Virus record (IMG/VR): IMGVR_UViG_3300031605_000017
Coordinates: 1-31,362 of that record
Strand: one strand, 5' to 3'
DNA length: 31,362 nucleotides
DNA from: a virus
Lineage: Duplodnaviria > Caudoviricetes
Shown here piece after piece: positions 24,901 to 31,188 of the stretch (positions are counted from its first letter, which is position 1; the number at the start of each line of letters is the position of its first letter). The position numbers and the translations under genes are program-made. The notes below the pieces were generated by a model. That model ran no database searches, was not told where the DNA came from, and was given only the letters and a program-made list of their open reading frames with translations.

Positions 24901-25152
24901 GAGGGCGAGAAGGCGATTGAAGATCACTTCGCCATGCCTTACATGGGCAAACTTTACGATGCGCGACGTGGCAAATTGAGAATGGAAGTAAGTTCCGTAG
25001 GCGTAGAAGTTTTGCTTGGAGGGTCTGTCCATGCGAGTGCGCGTCCCGCAGATCAGCAGCATTTAGGTCCGTACACGCTTGCAGAAGCCCTTGCGGAAGA
25101 TCGAAGCAAGTCTTGGATCGGTCACGTTTTGGCGATGCTGATTGGTGTTTAA
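18958..25152 (+). CDS. Giant acidic, putatively virion-associated protein (2064 aa): N-terminal shared DADGDG module, acidic helical repeats, C-terminal HExxH zinc metallopeptidase-like domain
   Basis: Uninterrupted 6.2-kb ORF. The N-terminus is homologous to aa ~620-690 of the 2924-aa protein. GHEFTH (HEFTH at 24742-24756) is followed by YMGKLY...MEVSSVGVE, a candidate third Zn ligand Glu. Confidence 0.85.
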   Translation: MRYPEHRLNEIAFRARLYDLNHIPLEKGIAGMIKRVPKVVPYDNDARDADGDGLVQEGTIWERPAGTRWVSKLGSALASGLRAIPGNSKIVDKDGNDVDYKPGDKAQGGRAKLRGLLARRRLRRAGRRTRRAEGRREEDTERTTPETYDKLIETLENAASAASQERLIEAEKARGDEPMDGAYRSFWDTFMEAFTGMNGGKEQNSRDKSRSKAALRKAAQMEGNRRTAGDENGNAPDSDREEEFDEEALSGKGVMPSAIEEHHRKLREDPEYRKRWNRALREGRIDQFIEKEGLRPELVGPEERRPGGGLKPPPDFDITPIPDGGDRDPDRPRPRVDPEPSTDKPGTGVTPAGRPGDHRPGQGQLINIPNATDEQIAEHIWTQEGLRDRDRPGAGMRPIDGDTRRHDPDYYDRLIAERDSRAEADAPEADVDPGSELPDDVIESIEHYRDTILPELSDAELAQELAYLRDALAADDVADRFPRNDGPERFASALQEQRRRLVASRGEGEEDGPPEEPDLAEWLDQQPWSDVELDGATDEAIAARLTRLVAADPLGDDAEITAEVERLRQEQRSRWEEENLPGDAFFDNDSWIEGDFAWDDDAIDATINVALATDDMRTIEGIERSLQMYRDDMSGADWAGAKGRRYREIQEILDRRRAERNRATRTEPPEDRDAPEADTPEADTPEADTPEAEDNFGGRNNDIVDLSDEEIQEQIDDLEGIEDRTLEQQARLDALGDEYDERFGTEEEQDQAIEDMDLEERLEWYETDPATLSDEELQTEINELNSEEDLDEHAMEWLTKLSNEDDRRQEARDEESEREAAEAETAEEARRAELIEEQRDPRDMTPEEMAEEMAAITSADDDELAEHWGSPDAALDRHNALQDGLDAHEQREAAHAEREEQEDPTGMHEEDIGEEMSELFDITQDEDYSPEAQKEAQDRWNLLSAELDRRERETEQDERDLSDALDERQAEEDAEEARIREVEEAEAEAAAEAEAAREAEIEADERQVRVDEHENNPPDSLSEEDLANEIAELSDSEIMDDLDTARLTDLENEVERRMEAAATREDRNRGERSRSLRGRSKESLQEELDELMEDSDPDEARMDALEAELDRREKVRNRDGRRDNRRRTDELEAAEEREFDGEGEDDEDLALPERDVVDSGEDDEAVDADEDRVNPYAVDPEEGMTTPPPEEPETIPPAAADPVGEGGTGPNGEWTDADEAADPAGDRYAELEDKLDSLDWDIHAALAAGDDELVVFRLIRRDELLEDAFATMSDFGGEIGIHRAMYRHKPDAELLKYLAEREYKDGQKAREDGGPNREHYESNQKYLNVLAEVHKRGLLDSGDPDPDPITDPPEADLPDPLEGKTPEVAEAEEAIRRDWDGYSPQEKEHLALLFIDAEIAKLEQGLIDTYRGKSAVTFYPLPDDATPELIDLRAKQESFHNAKETLYQLLAQRDMSGTLGGVEHYAEDRLDFVKDIAAKQILAAHIFNKLDQADLGRVTDALNSNTNMVSDLGGGVGVPYMPQWSRMEYGDDFDNEEIVSGLVELAVARMQRKMQADGKVVTDEQVAEAVSIVERDFAVPLGEAARDELDRRIKAMGSEELGGTADPFLLDLILNTPSGSGAMNQRNKFIQDLWSVEGRGITSHDLMQLASIDAPNLGRGMSEIGRLAVEDLGLTGRVSPSAFSNPDLLIGDIISTWSRQLHLGEIDEATLVSNLKNLHYDLAKSYKKHAAAGLAASRSGPGARVHKDLATALFGNIGRADQASTEELFSAGVKVGMIVSAQKGDLRNLALDGVIDVQMEKTETDIISGLIKDLRGVSDMPVSFGVTPEGGSTVMRGPSGGSRGKLTPVQQQAAGDMIERAAELLFPDDWIELSNSSGELVLSRRDGSRASYASRTAIGLQSAFPEGVGTSEGVIDITKGSFPLPDAGHEFTHRIQAVNIMLLLHDDAFARRKQTPTTEAEKRSRKFSLRSFASILGRSGMEGEKAIEDHFAMPYMGKLYDARRGKLRMEVSSVGVEVLLGGSVHASARPADQQHLGPYTLAEALAEDRSKSWIGHVLAMLIGV
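20978..21035 (+). repeat. 15-bp tandem repeat (~3.9 copies) encoding PEADT
   Basis: CTCCAGAAGCAGATA x3 plus a partial fourth copy. Confidence 0.95.
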
Positions 25153-25517
25153 TAGATAATCGGTCCGCCGAAATCGTCTGTTCCCGCGTCATCGAATAAA
25201 TCTGTATCAACTTTTAGGGTTTCGCAGAATTCGTTGAGATAAGCCTCAATGGTATAAAAGATACCTGATTCTGGTAGGTCAACGAAAGAAGGCTTATGTC
25301 CATGACCATGGGGCGGGGGACCGAAAACATTGTCTTTTGCCATCACCATGGAAGAAAGCCCGAGCATTCTTTCTGATGGGGGGAGGTATTCGGGATGGCT
25401 AGACGAATCAGTTTTTTCCGTCCAGCCAGTTTTTTCTGTATAGGTGTAGTCGAAATCGGCTGTAGGGGCGTCTGTCGCATACGAGCCTTTTTTCCAAGTT
25501 CCTGTGATGTGGATCAT
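25149..25517 (-). CDS. Small acidic protein (122 aa) convergent with the 2064-aa gene; candidate immunity protein
   Basis: Stop codons of the two genes overlap. A -10-like TAAGAT lies 6 nt before the ATG. Only minus-strand gene within the plus-strand head cluster. Confidence 0.75.
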   Translation of the reverse strand: MIHITGTWKKGSYATDAPTADFDYTYTEKTGWTEKTDSSSHPEYLPPSERMLGLSSMVMAKDNVFGPPPHGHGHKPSFVDLPESGIFYTIEAYLNEFCETLKVDTDLFDDAGTDDFGGPIIY

Positions 25518-25580
25518 GTTCCTATCTTACGTTAGTTGTTGTTTCTACGCAATGATTTGATGGATGTTACAGTAGTGCCT

Positions 25581-26333
25581 ATGGCTAAAGATCCTATCGC
25601 AGATACTGTTCTTCCATCGAAGAGGCAAGCACTCAAGGTTGGAAAGATGTTGGGCTGTACCGGCGCTCACCGTAAAGGCGACGGTTGGGGCTTGTGCGAA
25701 TCAGATGAACTATTAAGGATTCTGATCAAGAAGGGTTCTGCCGCCTACCGCGAGGCACGCGACGGGAAAGAGAAGAAGTCTTGTTGTCGTTCCTGCGAAA
25801 TGAAGGCCAACGCTGCGGACGAAAAACTGATCTTTCCAACACGGGAAGAAGCCGAAGCAGCAGCCCTCAACATGGGTTGTTCGGGGGCGCACCAGCATGG
25901 GGTTGGTCAATGGATGCCGTGCGAAACAATGGAAGAATTTAGTGCCGCCCGCAACTCTCCGAGCAAGACTCGCCTCGTCATAGATGTTCCCACGATGAAA
26001 CGGCGTAAGCGAATTATTGATTTGCCGAATGTCCGGCAGAGCAATTGGGAACCTTTAGGGGGTAGGGGTATCCGTGGTGTAGAGACATTGGCCGGTGGAG
26101 GGCTAGTCGCGTCTAAGCGCTTCTATACCACTGGCAAGCGTCGCGAGTATGCCGCTAGTGGAGTAGCCATGAAGGATGGTTCTTACCCGATTCGTGATGT
26201 CGGTGATTTGCGAAATGCTATACAAGCGTTCGGTAGAGCAAAAAATAAACCCGCTGCGAAAAAGCATATTAAGAAACGTGCTAGAGCGTTGAAGCGGACC
26301 GATCTGCTTCCCGATACTTGGAAAGATTCTTAA
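25581..26333 (+). CDS. Head-module protein with two GC.GAH...C repeats (DUF3721-like) and a C-terminal DGSYPI (DUF6582-like) domain
   Basis: Repeats A..VG.MLGCTGAH....W..CE and EEAEAAA..MGCSGAH.HG..QWMPCE. C-terminus A..DGSYPI....DL.NAI.A.GRA....A.KHI..RA..L....L.P..W. ATG 25581 follows TACAGT by 7 nt. DUF names are from recall. Confidence 0.75.
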   Translation: MAKDPIADTVLPSKRQALKVGKMLGCTGAHRKGDGWGLCESDELLRILIKKGSAAYREARDGKEKKSCCRSCEMKANAADEKLIFPTREEAEAAALNMGCSGAHQHGVGQWMPCETMEEFSAARNSPSKTRLVIDVPTMKRRKRIIDLPNVRQSNWEPLGGRGIRGVETLAGGGLVASKRFYTTGKRREYAASGVAMKDGSYPIRDVGDLRNAIQAFGRAKNKPAAKKHIKKRARALKRTDLLPDTWKDS

Positions 26334-26467
26334 ACAACTACCTATAGCAGTTGCAACGATCTTACAATAACGTAATCTAAACTAACTACTGTTCAATTCG
26401 GTTGTGGTGCTTACCTAAGCCGACTGAGATCAAAACCATTCAACTATGTCGAACAGGAGTTACGACT

Positions 26468-27787
26468 ATGGCATTTGACGAGAGTCGGCTGACAGAACTT
26501 CAGGGCGCTTTGCGTGAGAAGATGACAGCCAATAACGATATCGCGGATTCCTTCCGCTCGGAAGATGGTACAATTATCATCGATTCCGCGCGTAAGTCTG
26601 CGTTTGATACCAACATGAGTGAGATCAAAGAGATCAAATCTTTGATTGATTCCATGGAAGATATGCAGCGGGTTTCGGATTGGGGCACAGAGGCTCCGTC
26701 GGAATCGCTTGCTGCGGTTGCTAACGCTGATCAGGCGGGCATGTTGGCTCAGGTCACCCTCCCAACTGGCGTGAAGAGCCTAGGCGAAGCATTTGTGGAC
26801 TCTGATGAGTTCAAGTCAATGATGCAGCGTGGCTCAGGCACGATGGACAGTCCTTACAACGTCAAGAACCTTTACGAAGGTGGCGACTTTGGTCAGAAGG
26901 ACATGTATTCGGCGCTTCCGACCGGCACGCCCGGTTCGTTTGGCACGATTACCCGTGATCCAATCGTAACTCAGCAGCACCGTCGCACCCGAGTTCGGGA
27001 TCTTTTCCCGACCCGGCGCACCAATTCAGCGGTTATTGAGTACTTCCGTATGAGCGGATTTACGAACGCAGCAAGCACCGTTCCTGAGCGTGTTTCTTCG
27101 GCCTTCGGCGCTAAGCCGCAGACGACGATGACGTTCGTGGGCGAGCAGGCTCCCGTTCGGACCATCGCTCACTGGGAAGCAGCCCACCGCAACGTTCTTG
27201 CTGATGAGCCGCAGTTGCGGTCGATCATCGACAACGAACTCCTTTACGGCCTTCGGCTCCATGAGGATCATCAGATCCTTTCAGGTGCCGGTACCAGCGA
27301 AGACCTTACGGGTATTCTGAACACCTCCGGTATTCAGACCTACTCATGGTCCGCAGGTGCGACCCTTCCGGTCAAGGACACCAAGGCTGATGCAATCCGG
27401 CGTGCAGCGACCCTGTCGTTCCTCGCCTACTACGAGCCGTCGGGCGTGATCCTCAACCCGAACGACTGGGAAGACATCGAACTGACCAAAGATTCAAATG
27501 GTCAGTACCTGATGGCTATCTCCATCGTTCAGGGCGCAGAGGCCCGTGTTTGGCGGATCCCGGTCGTGGACACCCCCGCAATCGCTTCGGGCACAGCCCT
27601 TATCGGTTCATTCGGTCAAGGTGCCCAGTTGTACGACCGTGAGGAGGCCACAATTCGTGTCTCCGAGCAGCACAGCGACTTCTTCGTGCGTAACGCCATT
27701 GTGGTGTTGGCCGAACAGCGCCTCGCCCTTGCGGTGAAGCGTCCGGAGTCGTTCGTCAAAGTCACCTTCGACGCTGCGCCTTCCTAA
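26468..27787 (+). CDS. HK97-family major capsid protein
   Basis: AGGAG RBS, N-terminal coiled-coil delta domain, and motifs TIAHW...L.D.PQL.S.I...L.YGL...ED.QIL.G.G, LNP.DW..I.L.KD.NG.Y, F.RN...LAE.R.ALAV.RPESFV. Confidence 0.96.
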   Translation: MAFDESRLTELQGALREKMTANNDIADSFRSEDGTIIIDSARKSAFDTNMSEIKEIKSLIDSMEDMQRVSDWGTEAPSESLAAVANADQAGMLAQVTLPTGVKSLGEAFVDSDEFKSMMQRGSGTMDSPYNVKNLYEGGDFGQKDMYSALPTGTPGSFGTITRDPIVTQQHRRTRVRDLFPTRRTNSAVIEYFRMSGFTNAASTVPERVSSAFGAKPQTTMTFVGEQAPVRTIAHWEAAHRNVLADEPQLRSIIDNELLYGLRLHEDHQILSGAGTSEDLTGILNTSGIQTYSWSAGATLPVKDTKADAIRRAATLSFLAYYEPSGVILNPNDWEDIELTKDSNGQYLMAISIVQGAEARVWRIPVVDTPAIASGTALIGSFGQGAQLYDREEATIRVSEQHSDFFVRNAIVVLAEQRLALAVKRPESFVKVTFDAAPS

Positions 27788-27837
27788 TCTGTAAAGGTGT
27801 AGCCATATAGGCTGCCTAATTACAACACATAGGTAAA

Positions 27838-27870
27838 GAGAAGCCCCCCGGTTCGCCGGGGGGCTTTCTC
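27838..27870. terminator. Probably bidirectional intrinsic terminator
   Basis: AAGCCCCCCGG-TTCG-CCGGGGGGCTT hairpin between the convergent MCP and 27875 genes. Confidence 0.9.
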
Positions 27871-27874
27871 GTTG

Positions 27875-28294
27875 TTAGATCGAAACTTCGATATGGGAAT
27901 GTCCGTCGTTGCTAAACGATAGATGGGCAAGACTGGCTTTCCGGATTATTTCATCGTAGTTCTTAGACCACATGGGTCGGGTGACAATGAAGGCATCGTT
28001 TAAATATGGGTCGTATCTGACCGACATGCCGTGTTCGACAGGAGTGTCGGTGATTGTTCCACGGACAAAGGCATGAACGTTTTTGCGTTGTTGCTCTAGG
28101 ACGCGATCCCTGCCAGCGGGCTGAACGATAAATGAAACATCTCGCAGCGTGATCGACTGGACATGATCAATGACATGGCCTTTGTCTTCGCCGCTCAGGG
28201 CACGCACGCTGTAACAGCCTTTGTGTAAGTTTCGATAAACCTCTACACGGAGGTATCTAGATATGTGTTCCACAGGGAGCGATGTACTAGACAT
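27875..28294 (-). CDS. Conserved phage protein of unknown function (VYRNLH...RKNVHAFVRG family)
   Basis: Motif series VYRNLHK..YSV, L.DV.F.V..AGR.RVL...RKNVHAFVRG, V.Y.PY, recalled as widespread in phages. Start uncertain (28303, 28294 or 28273). Confidence 0.8.
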   Translation of the reverse strand: MSSTSLPVEHISRYLRVEVYRNLHKGCYSVRALSGEDKGHVIDHVQSITLRDVSFIVQPAGRDRVLEQQRKNVHAFVRGTITDTPVEHGMSVRYDPYLNDAFIVTRPMWSKNYDEIIRKASLAHLSFSNDGHSHIEVSI

Positions 28295-28482
28295 TCCATG
28301 CACACGGAGGCGATGTTGAATTCGTCATGAAAAGTAAAAATGCTACGGCTGGCCAAATAGACATCTCCACAATTGTAGCAGTGCCCGCAGATTCCTTCTT
28401 CGCACGTCCATGCCCCATTGTCGATAGCGGCGTGGAGGGCAGCGGTTACTTCATCAAGAGAGAGTGTGTGAAGTGGTTCCAT
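28243..28482 (-). CDS. Small Cys-rich, putative Zn-binding protein (79 aa)
   Basis: CGHC/CYNC and CMEC motifs. TAGTAT lies 6 nt before the ATG; starts 9 bp after the nrdJ stop. Confidence 0.6.
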   Translation of the reverse strand: MEPLHTLSLDEVTAALHAAIDNGAWTCEEGICGHCYNCGDVYLASRSIFTFHDEFNIASVCMECLVHRSLWNTYLDTSV

Positions 28483-28491
28483 GAAGGAATA

Positions 28492-30396
28492 CTATCTTAT
28501 GGGACAGGCTCCCGTAGCGCAATCATCATCAAGTAGTTCACTAATTCCTGCTCCCACTAGAACATCCTTGTTATTGATTCGTGAGAGCATTTCTTCGTAC
28601 CGCTGTAGAGTGATTTCTTCAAGAGGTGCTTGATCGAATCCATGTTCGTTATGAAGCAGAAATGATACAGATTTCATAGTCGTCCAGTTTTCTTCAAGGA
28701 ATCGTTGAACATCTTCCAATTCCTCAGGCTTGATGTAAACGGTGACGGAAACTGCGTTGTCTGCCCACAATTCTTGAACTTTGCACTGGAGTTCAAGTTG
28801 ATCAATTGCGCTCATATCAGCAGCGACAGTTGTATCTTTGGGGAATTCGCAAGGAAATTCGACAACTTTGGTTCTGGCGTCGTTATGAACCCATTCGATG
28901 TGGTAGCCACGTTCTTGGCAGTAATCCAAGAGGGGGTCGGTGGCTGCCATGCGAACCCGACGAATGTGGTGTGTGCTGTAGCCGGGGTGAATACCGGGGG
29001 TGACTCCAGCGAGAAGGCTGAGGGTTCCGCTGGGTTTGATTGTTGTGAGCCGTACCGAGATCGGCCACTCTTTGTAGGTTGACCAGTGGCGGTCAAAGTC
29101 GCGAAGTGCTTCATAGGTGGGAGAAAGCCACTCAAGTTTTTCTAAGGATTGAGTTACGCCAGTAACCCCAAGTCCCAGCCTCATATTTTTGCTGGTGATT
29201 TCATCCGATTCTCTGTCAAGAGCGGGAAGAGCGGACACTGCTTTTTGAATCTTGTACAACAATTTGGCAATGTCGATCAGTTCTTCTTGACTTTCGATGT
29301 TGGGAAGCATGATTTCTGCGAGGTTGCAGGATTCGCGATTCGCGAGGCCAATTTCGGCGCAAGGATTAGTTCCTTCGATTGACTTGTCTTCACGAATTTC
29401 ATTTCGACGCCCATACTTTCTGGAGGCATCAAGATTGAACAATCCGTAAGGTTCTCCATTGCCGTGGTAACCCTCCCAGAAGACTTCTGGGATACCGGCG
29501 ATGTTGGAAGTAACGATGCTGTTGTTGGACATGGCCCGGTGGTGTGGGATGTCACCCAAGTCCCATCGCTTGGCGCTGAGGAAGTCAACATCGTATGGGC
29601 TACCCAGAGCGATCTCTGCGCTACGACGCACGTTGCCCGCTACAACAACTGATCCGATGATGTTGCAGATGTCTAAAACTTCTACGGAGGTTAGGTTTCG
29701 ACCAACAGCATCATTCAAAACGCCACAGATTTTTGTGATTCCTTCAACAAGGATTCCCGGTCCGGATGCTGTGCCCCCGAAAGTTCGGATTGGAGCGCCT
29801 GCTGGACGAATGAGTTGAGTGGAATAGGAAAATTCTGTTGGATCATCTTTGGAACCGAGATAAGTGTTGATCGCACGCAACAAACATTCCGACCACCCTT
29901 CCCGCTTGTCGGGAACGATGTAGTCAGCGTCGGATACGTCATGGTTGTCAACGCTGCCCTGTCGAACGACTCCTAAACGCTGTGGATGGAGGATGGAAAA
30001 GCCCACTCCACCGCCAAGCATGAGTCGTTCAAACATCCAAGCGAAGTCGGATGAATCCTTGATGTCCACGAACCAGCAGTTGCAAAGGCTGTCAAGACCC
30101 AAACGGAAATTGTTGAGTGTTCCCAGTTGCCAAAGCATCCTGCCGCCGGGCATTCCCTTAAGGTTGAACATGTAGTCGAACATGCGTTCGGATTCGTCAT
30201 CAGAAAGTTCGGCACCAATTTCGTTAGCGCCGTCGATAACTCGTTGGCAAGTCTGTACCCAATTTTCGGTGGCACCAGTGTCTTCGTTTATGATGCGAGC
30301 ATAAGTACGTTTATAAACTATATATCCAAGTCCGCTAAAACCCCATGGAGGTGTTTTTTGAGAGTAGGGGTTAAGGAAGGCTTCTGTAAGCGGCAT
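28492..30396 (-). CDS. nrdJ: Class II (adenosylcobalamin-dependent) ribonucleotide reductase, monomeric RTPR type
   Basis: RTYAR, GRMLWQLG, NCW, GGGVGF, AGNVRRSAEI, TNPCAEI (thiyl Cys), TIKPSGT and C-terminal C..GACPIR. No beta subunit nearby. Confidence 0.95.
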   Translation of the reverse strand: MPLTEAFLNPYSQKTPPWGFSGLGYIVYKRTYARIINEDTGATENWVQTCQRVIDGANEIGAELSDDESERMFDYMFNLKGMPGGRMLWQLGTLNNFRLGLDSLCNCWFVDIKDSSDFAWMFERLMLGGGVGFSILHPQRLGVVRQGSVDNHDVSDADYIVPDKREGWSECLLRAINTYLGSKDDPTEFSYSTQLIRPAGAPIRTFGGTASGPGILVEGITKICGVLNDAVGRNLTSVEVLDICNIIGSVVVAGNVRRSAEIALGSPYDVDFLSAKRWDLGDIPHHRAMSNNSIVTSNIAGIPEVFWEGYHGNGEPYGLFNLDASRKYGRRNEIREDKSIEGTNPCAEIGLANRESCNLAEIMLPNIESQEELIDIAKLLYKIQKAVSALPALDRESDEITSKNMRLGLGVTGVTQSLEKLEWLSPTYEALRDFDRHWSTYKEWPISVRLTTIKPSGTLSLLAGVTPGIHPGYSTHHIRRVRMAATDPLLDYCQERGYHIEWVHNDARTKVVEFPCEFPKDTTVAADMSAIDQLELQCKVQELWADNAVSVTVYIKPEELEDVQRFLEENWTTMKSVSFLLHNEHGFDQAPLEEITLQRYEEMLSRINNKDVLVGAGISELLDDDCATGACPIR

Positions 30397-30468
30397 CTGA
30401 TCCTCTGGCTTAGTGTGAGGTGTTTAAAGGAGGTGCCATAGTATGTCACAACCTTCAAATACTAAAAG

Positions 30469-30747
30469 TTAAAGCAGACCTAATTCTTTTGCTTTTTCCC
30501 TACTGATTTTGCTTCCAGCGGGAACAATCAGGACTTTGGCAAGATGTTCAGGAGTGATCCAACGTTTTTCAATGATGTCCTCTTCAACAGTGAAAATGTT
30601 CTCGTCATCTATGGTTTTCTCAAACACGATAGTGTGATCTTCGGGCGTGCAAGTCATGGAAGAATTTCCACAGATGATGCATGGACCCGGTTCATAGGCG
30701 GCGAATTCGACTCCGCTGATATGGGGTTCGTTGGTTCTTCCTACCAT
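30469..30747 (-). CDS. Hypothetical protein (92 aa) with CxxC-x5-C
   Basis: ATG 30747 follows TATGGT by 6 nt. PCIICG and a C-terminal G..ISREKAKELGL. Confidence 0.75.
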   Translation of the reverse strand: MVGRTNEPHISGVEFAAYEPGPCIICGNSSMTCTPEDHTIVFEKTIDDENIFTVEEDIIEKRWITPEHLAKVLIVPAGSKISREKAKELGLL

Positions 30748-30789
30748 GAACAGACCATACACCAAGGAATGGGTTTGTGCCGGGACGCG

Positions 30790-30820
30790 AAAAAGGAGGG
30801 CCGTGAGAACGACCCTCCCT
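30790..30820 (-). terminator. Intrinsic terminator
   Basis: Minus strand GGAGGGTCG-TTCTCA-CGGCCCTCC-TTTTT downstream of the 30856 gene. Confidence 0.8.
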
Positions 30821-30855
30821 AAACGCTTTGGACTGGTCAGCCCATGATTGCAGGG

Positions 30856-31101
30856 TTAGGCGGACTCGTTGTAACGCTGGTCCGAACCCAGAGCCTGAAA
30901 GGCTGCGTCGTAAATCCTTACGAACTCTTCAGGGTAAAGAGCCTCCAAGGTCTTGTGGGCCTTGTACGCGGCGGTCATCTTGCGACGCTGCCGAATCTTA
31001 CGGGCCACAGCCTTGGCTTCCTTTTCAATTACATCTTCGTTGCGGCTGGCAGTCATGATCCTGTTAAGGACCGTCTGCTCCGCGTCGGTGATGTCGTTCA
31101 C
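30856..31101 (-). CDS. Hypothetical helical basic protein (81 aa), apparently monocistronic
   Basis: GTG 31101 with AGGAGG RBS; has its own promoter and terminator. Confidence 0.8.
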   Translation of the reverse strand: MNDITDAEQTVLNRIMTASRNEDVIEKEAKAVARKIRQRRKMTAAYKAHKTLEALYPEEFVRIYDAAFQALGSDQRYNESA

Positions 31102-31149
31102 GGTATTCCTCCTCATATCTTAGGTTATAGGTTATCCGTGTGAACACAC

Positions 31150-31178
31150 AGGATAGCAAGCGTCGCGATAAAGCGCAA
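31150..31178 (-). promoter_or_regulatory. Sigma70/SigA-type promoter
   Basis: Minus strand TTGCGC-N17-TATCCT with TGn extension; same architecture as the 2232..2260 promoter. Confidence 0.7.
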
Positions 31179-31188
31179 GTATTTGAAA

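Noticed and set aside
9668-25152. Giant ORFs as tape measure, tail fibre or virion RNA polymerase
   Set aside because: They lie in the head module, lack Ala/Gly-rich amphipathic TMP character and beta-rich fibre repeats, and DADGD lacks the NADFDGD context of RNA polymerases.
30397-30468. Cobalamin riboswitch or NrdR box upstream of nrdJ
   Set aside because: The gap is only 72 bp and I see neither consensus.
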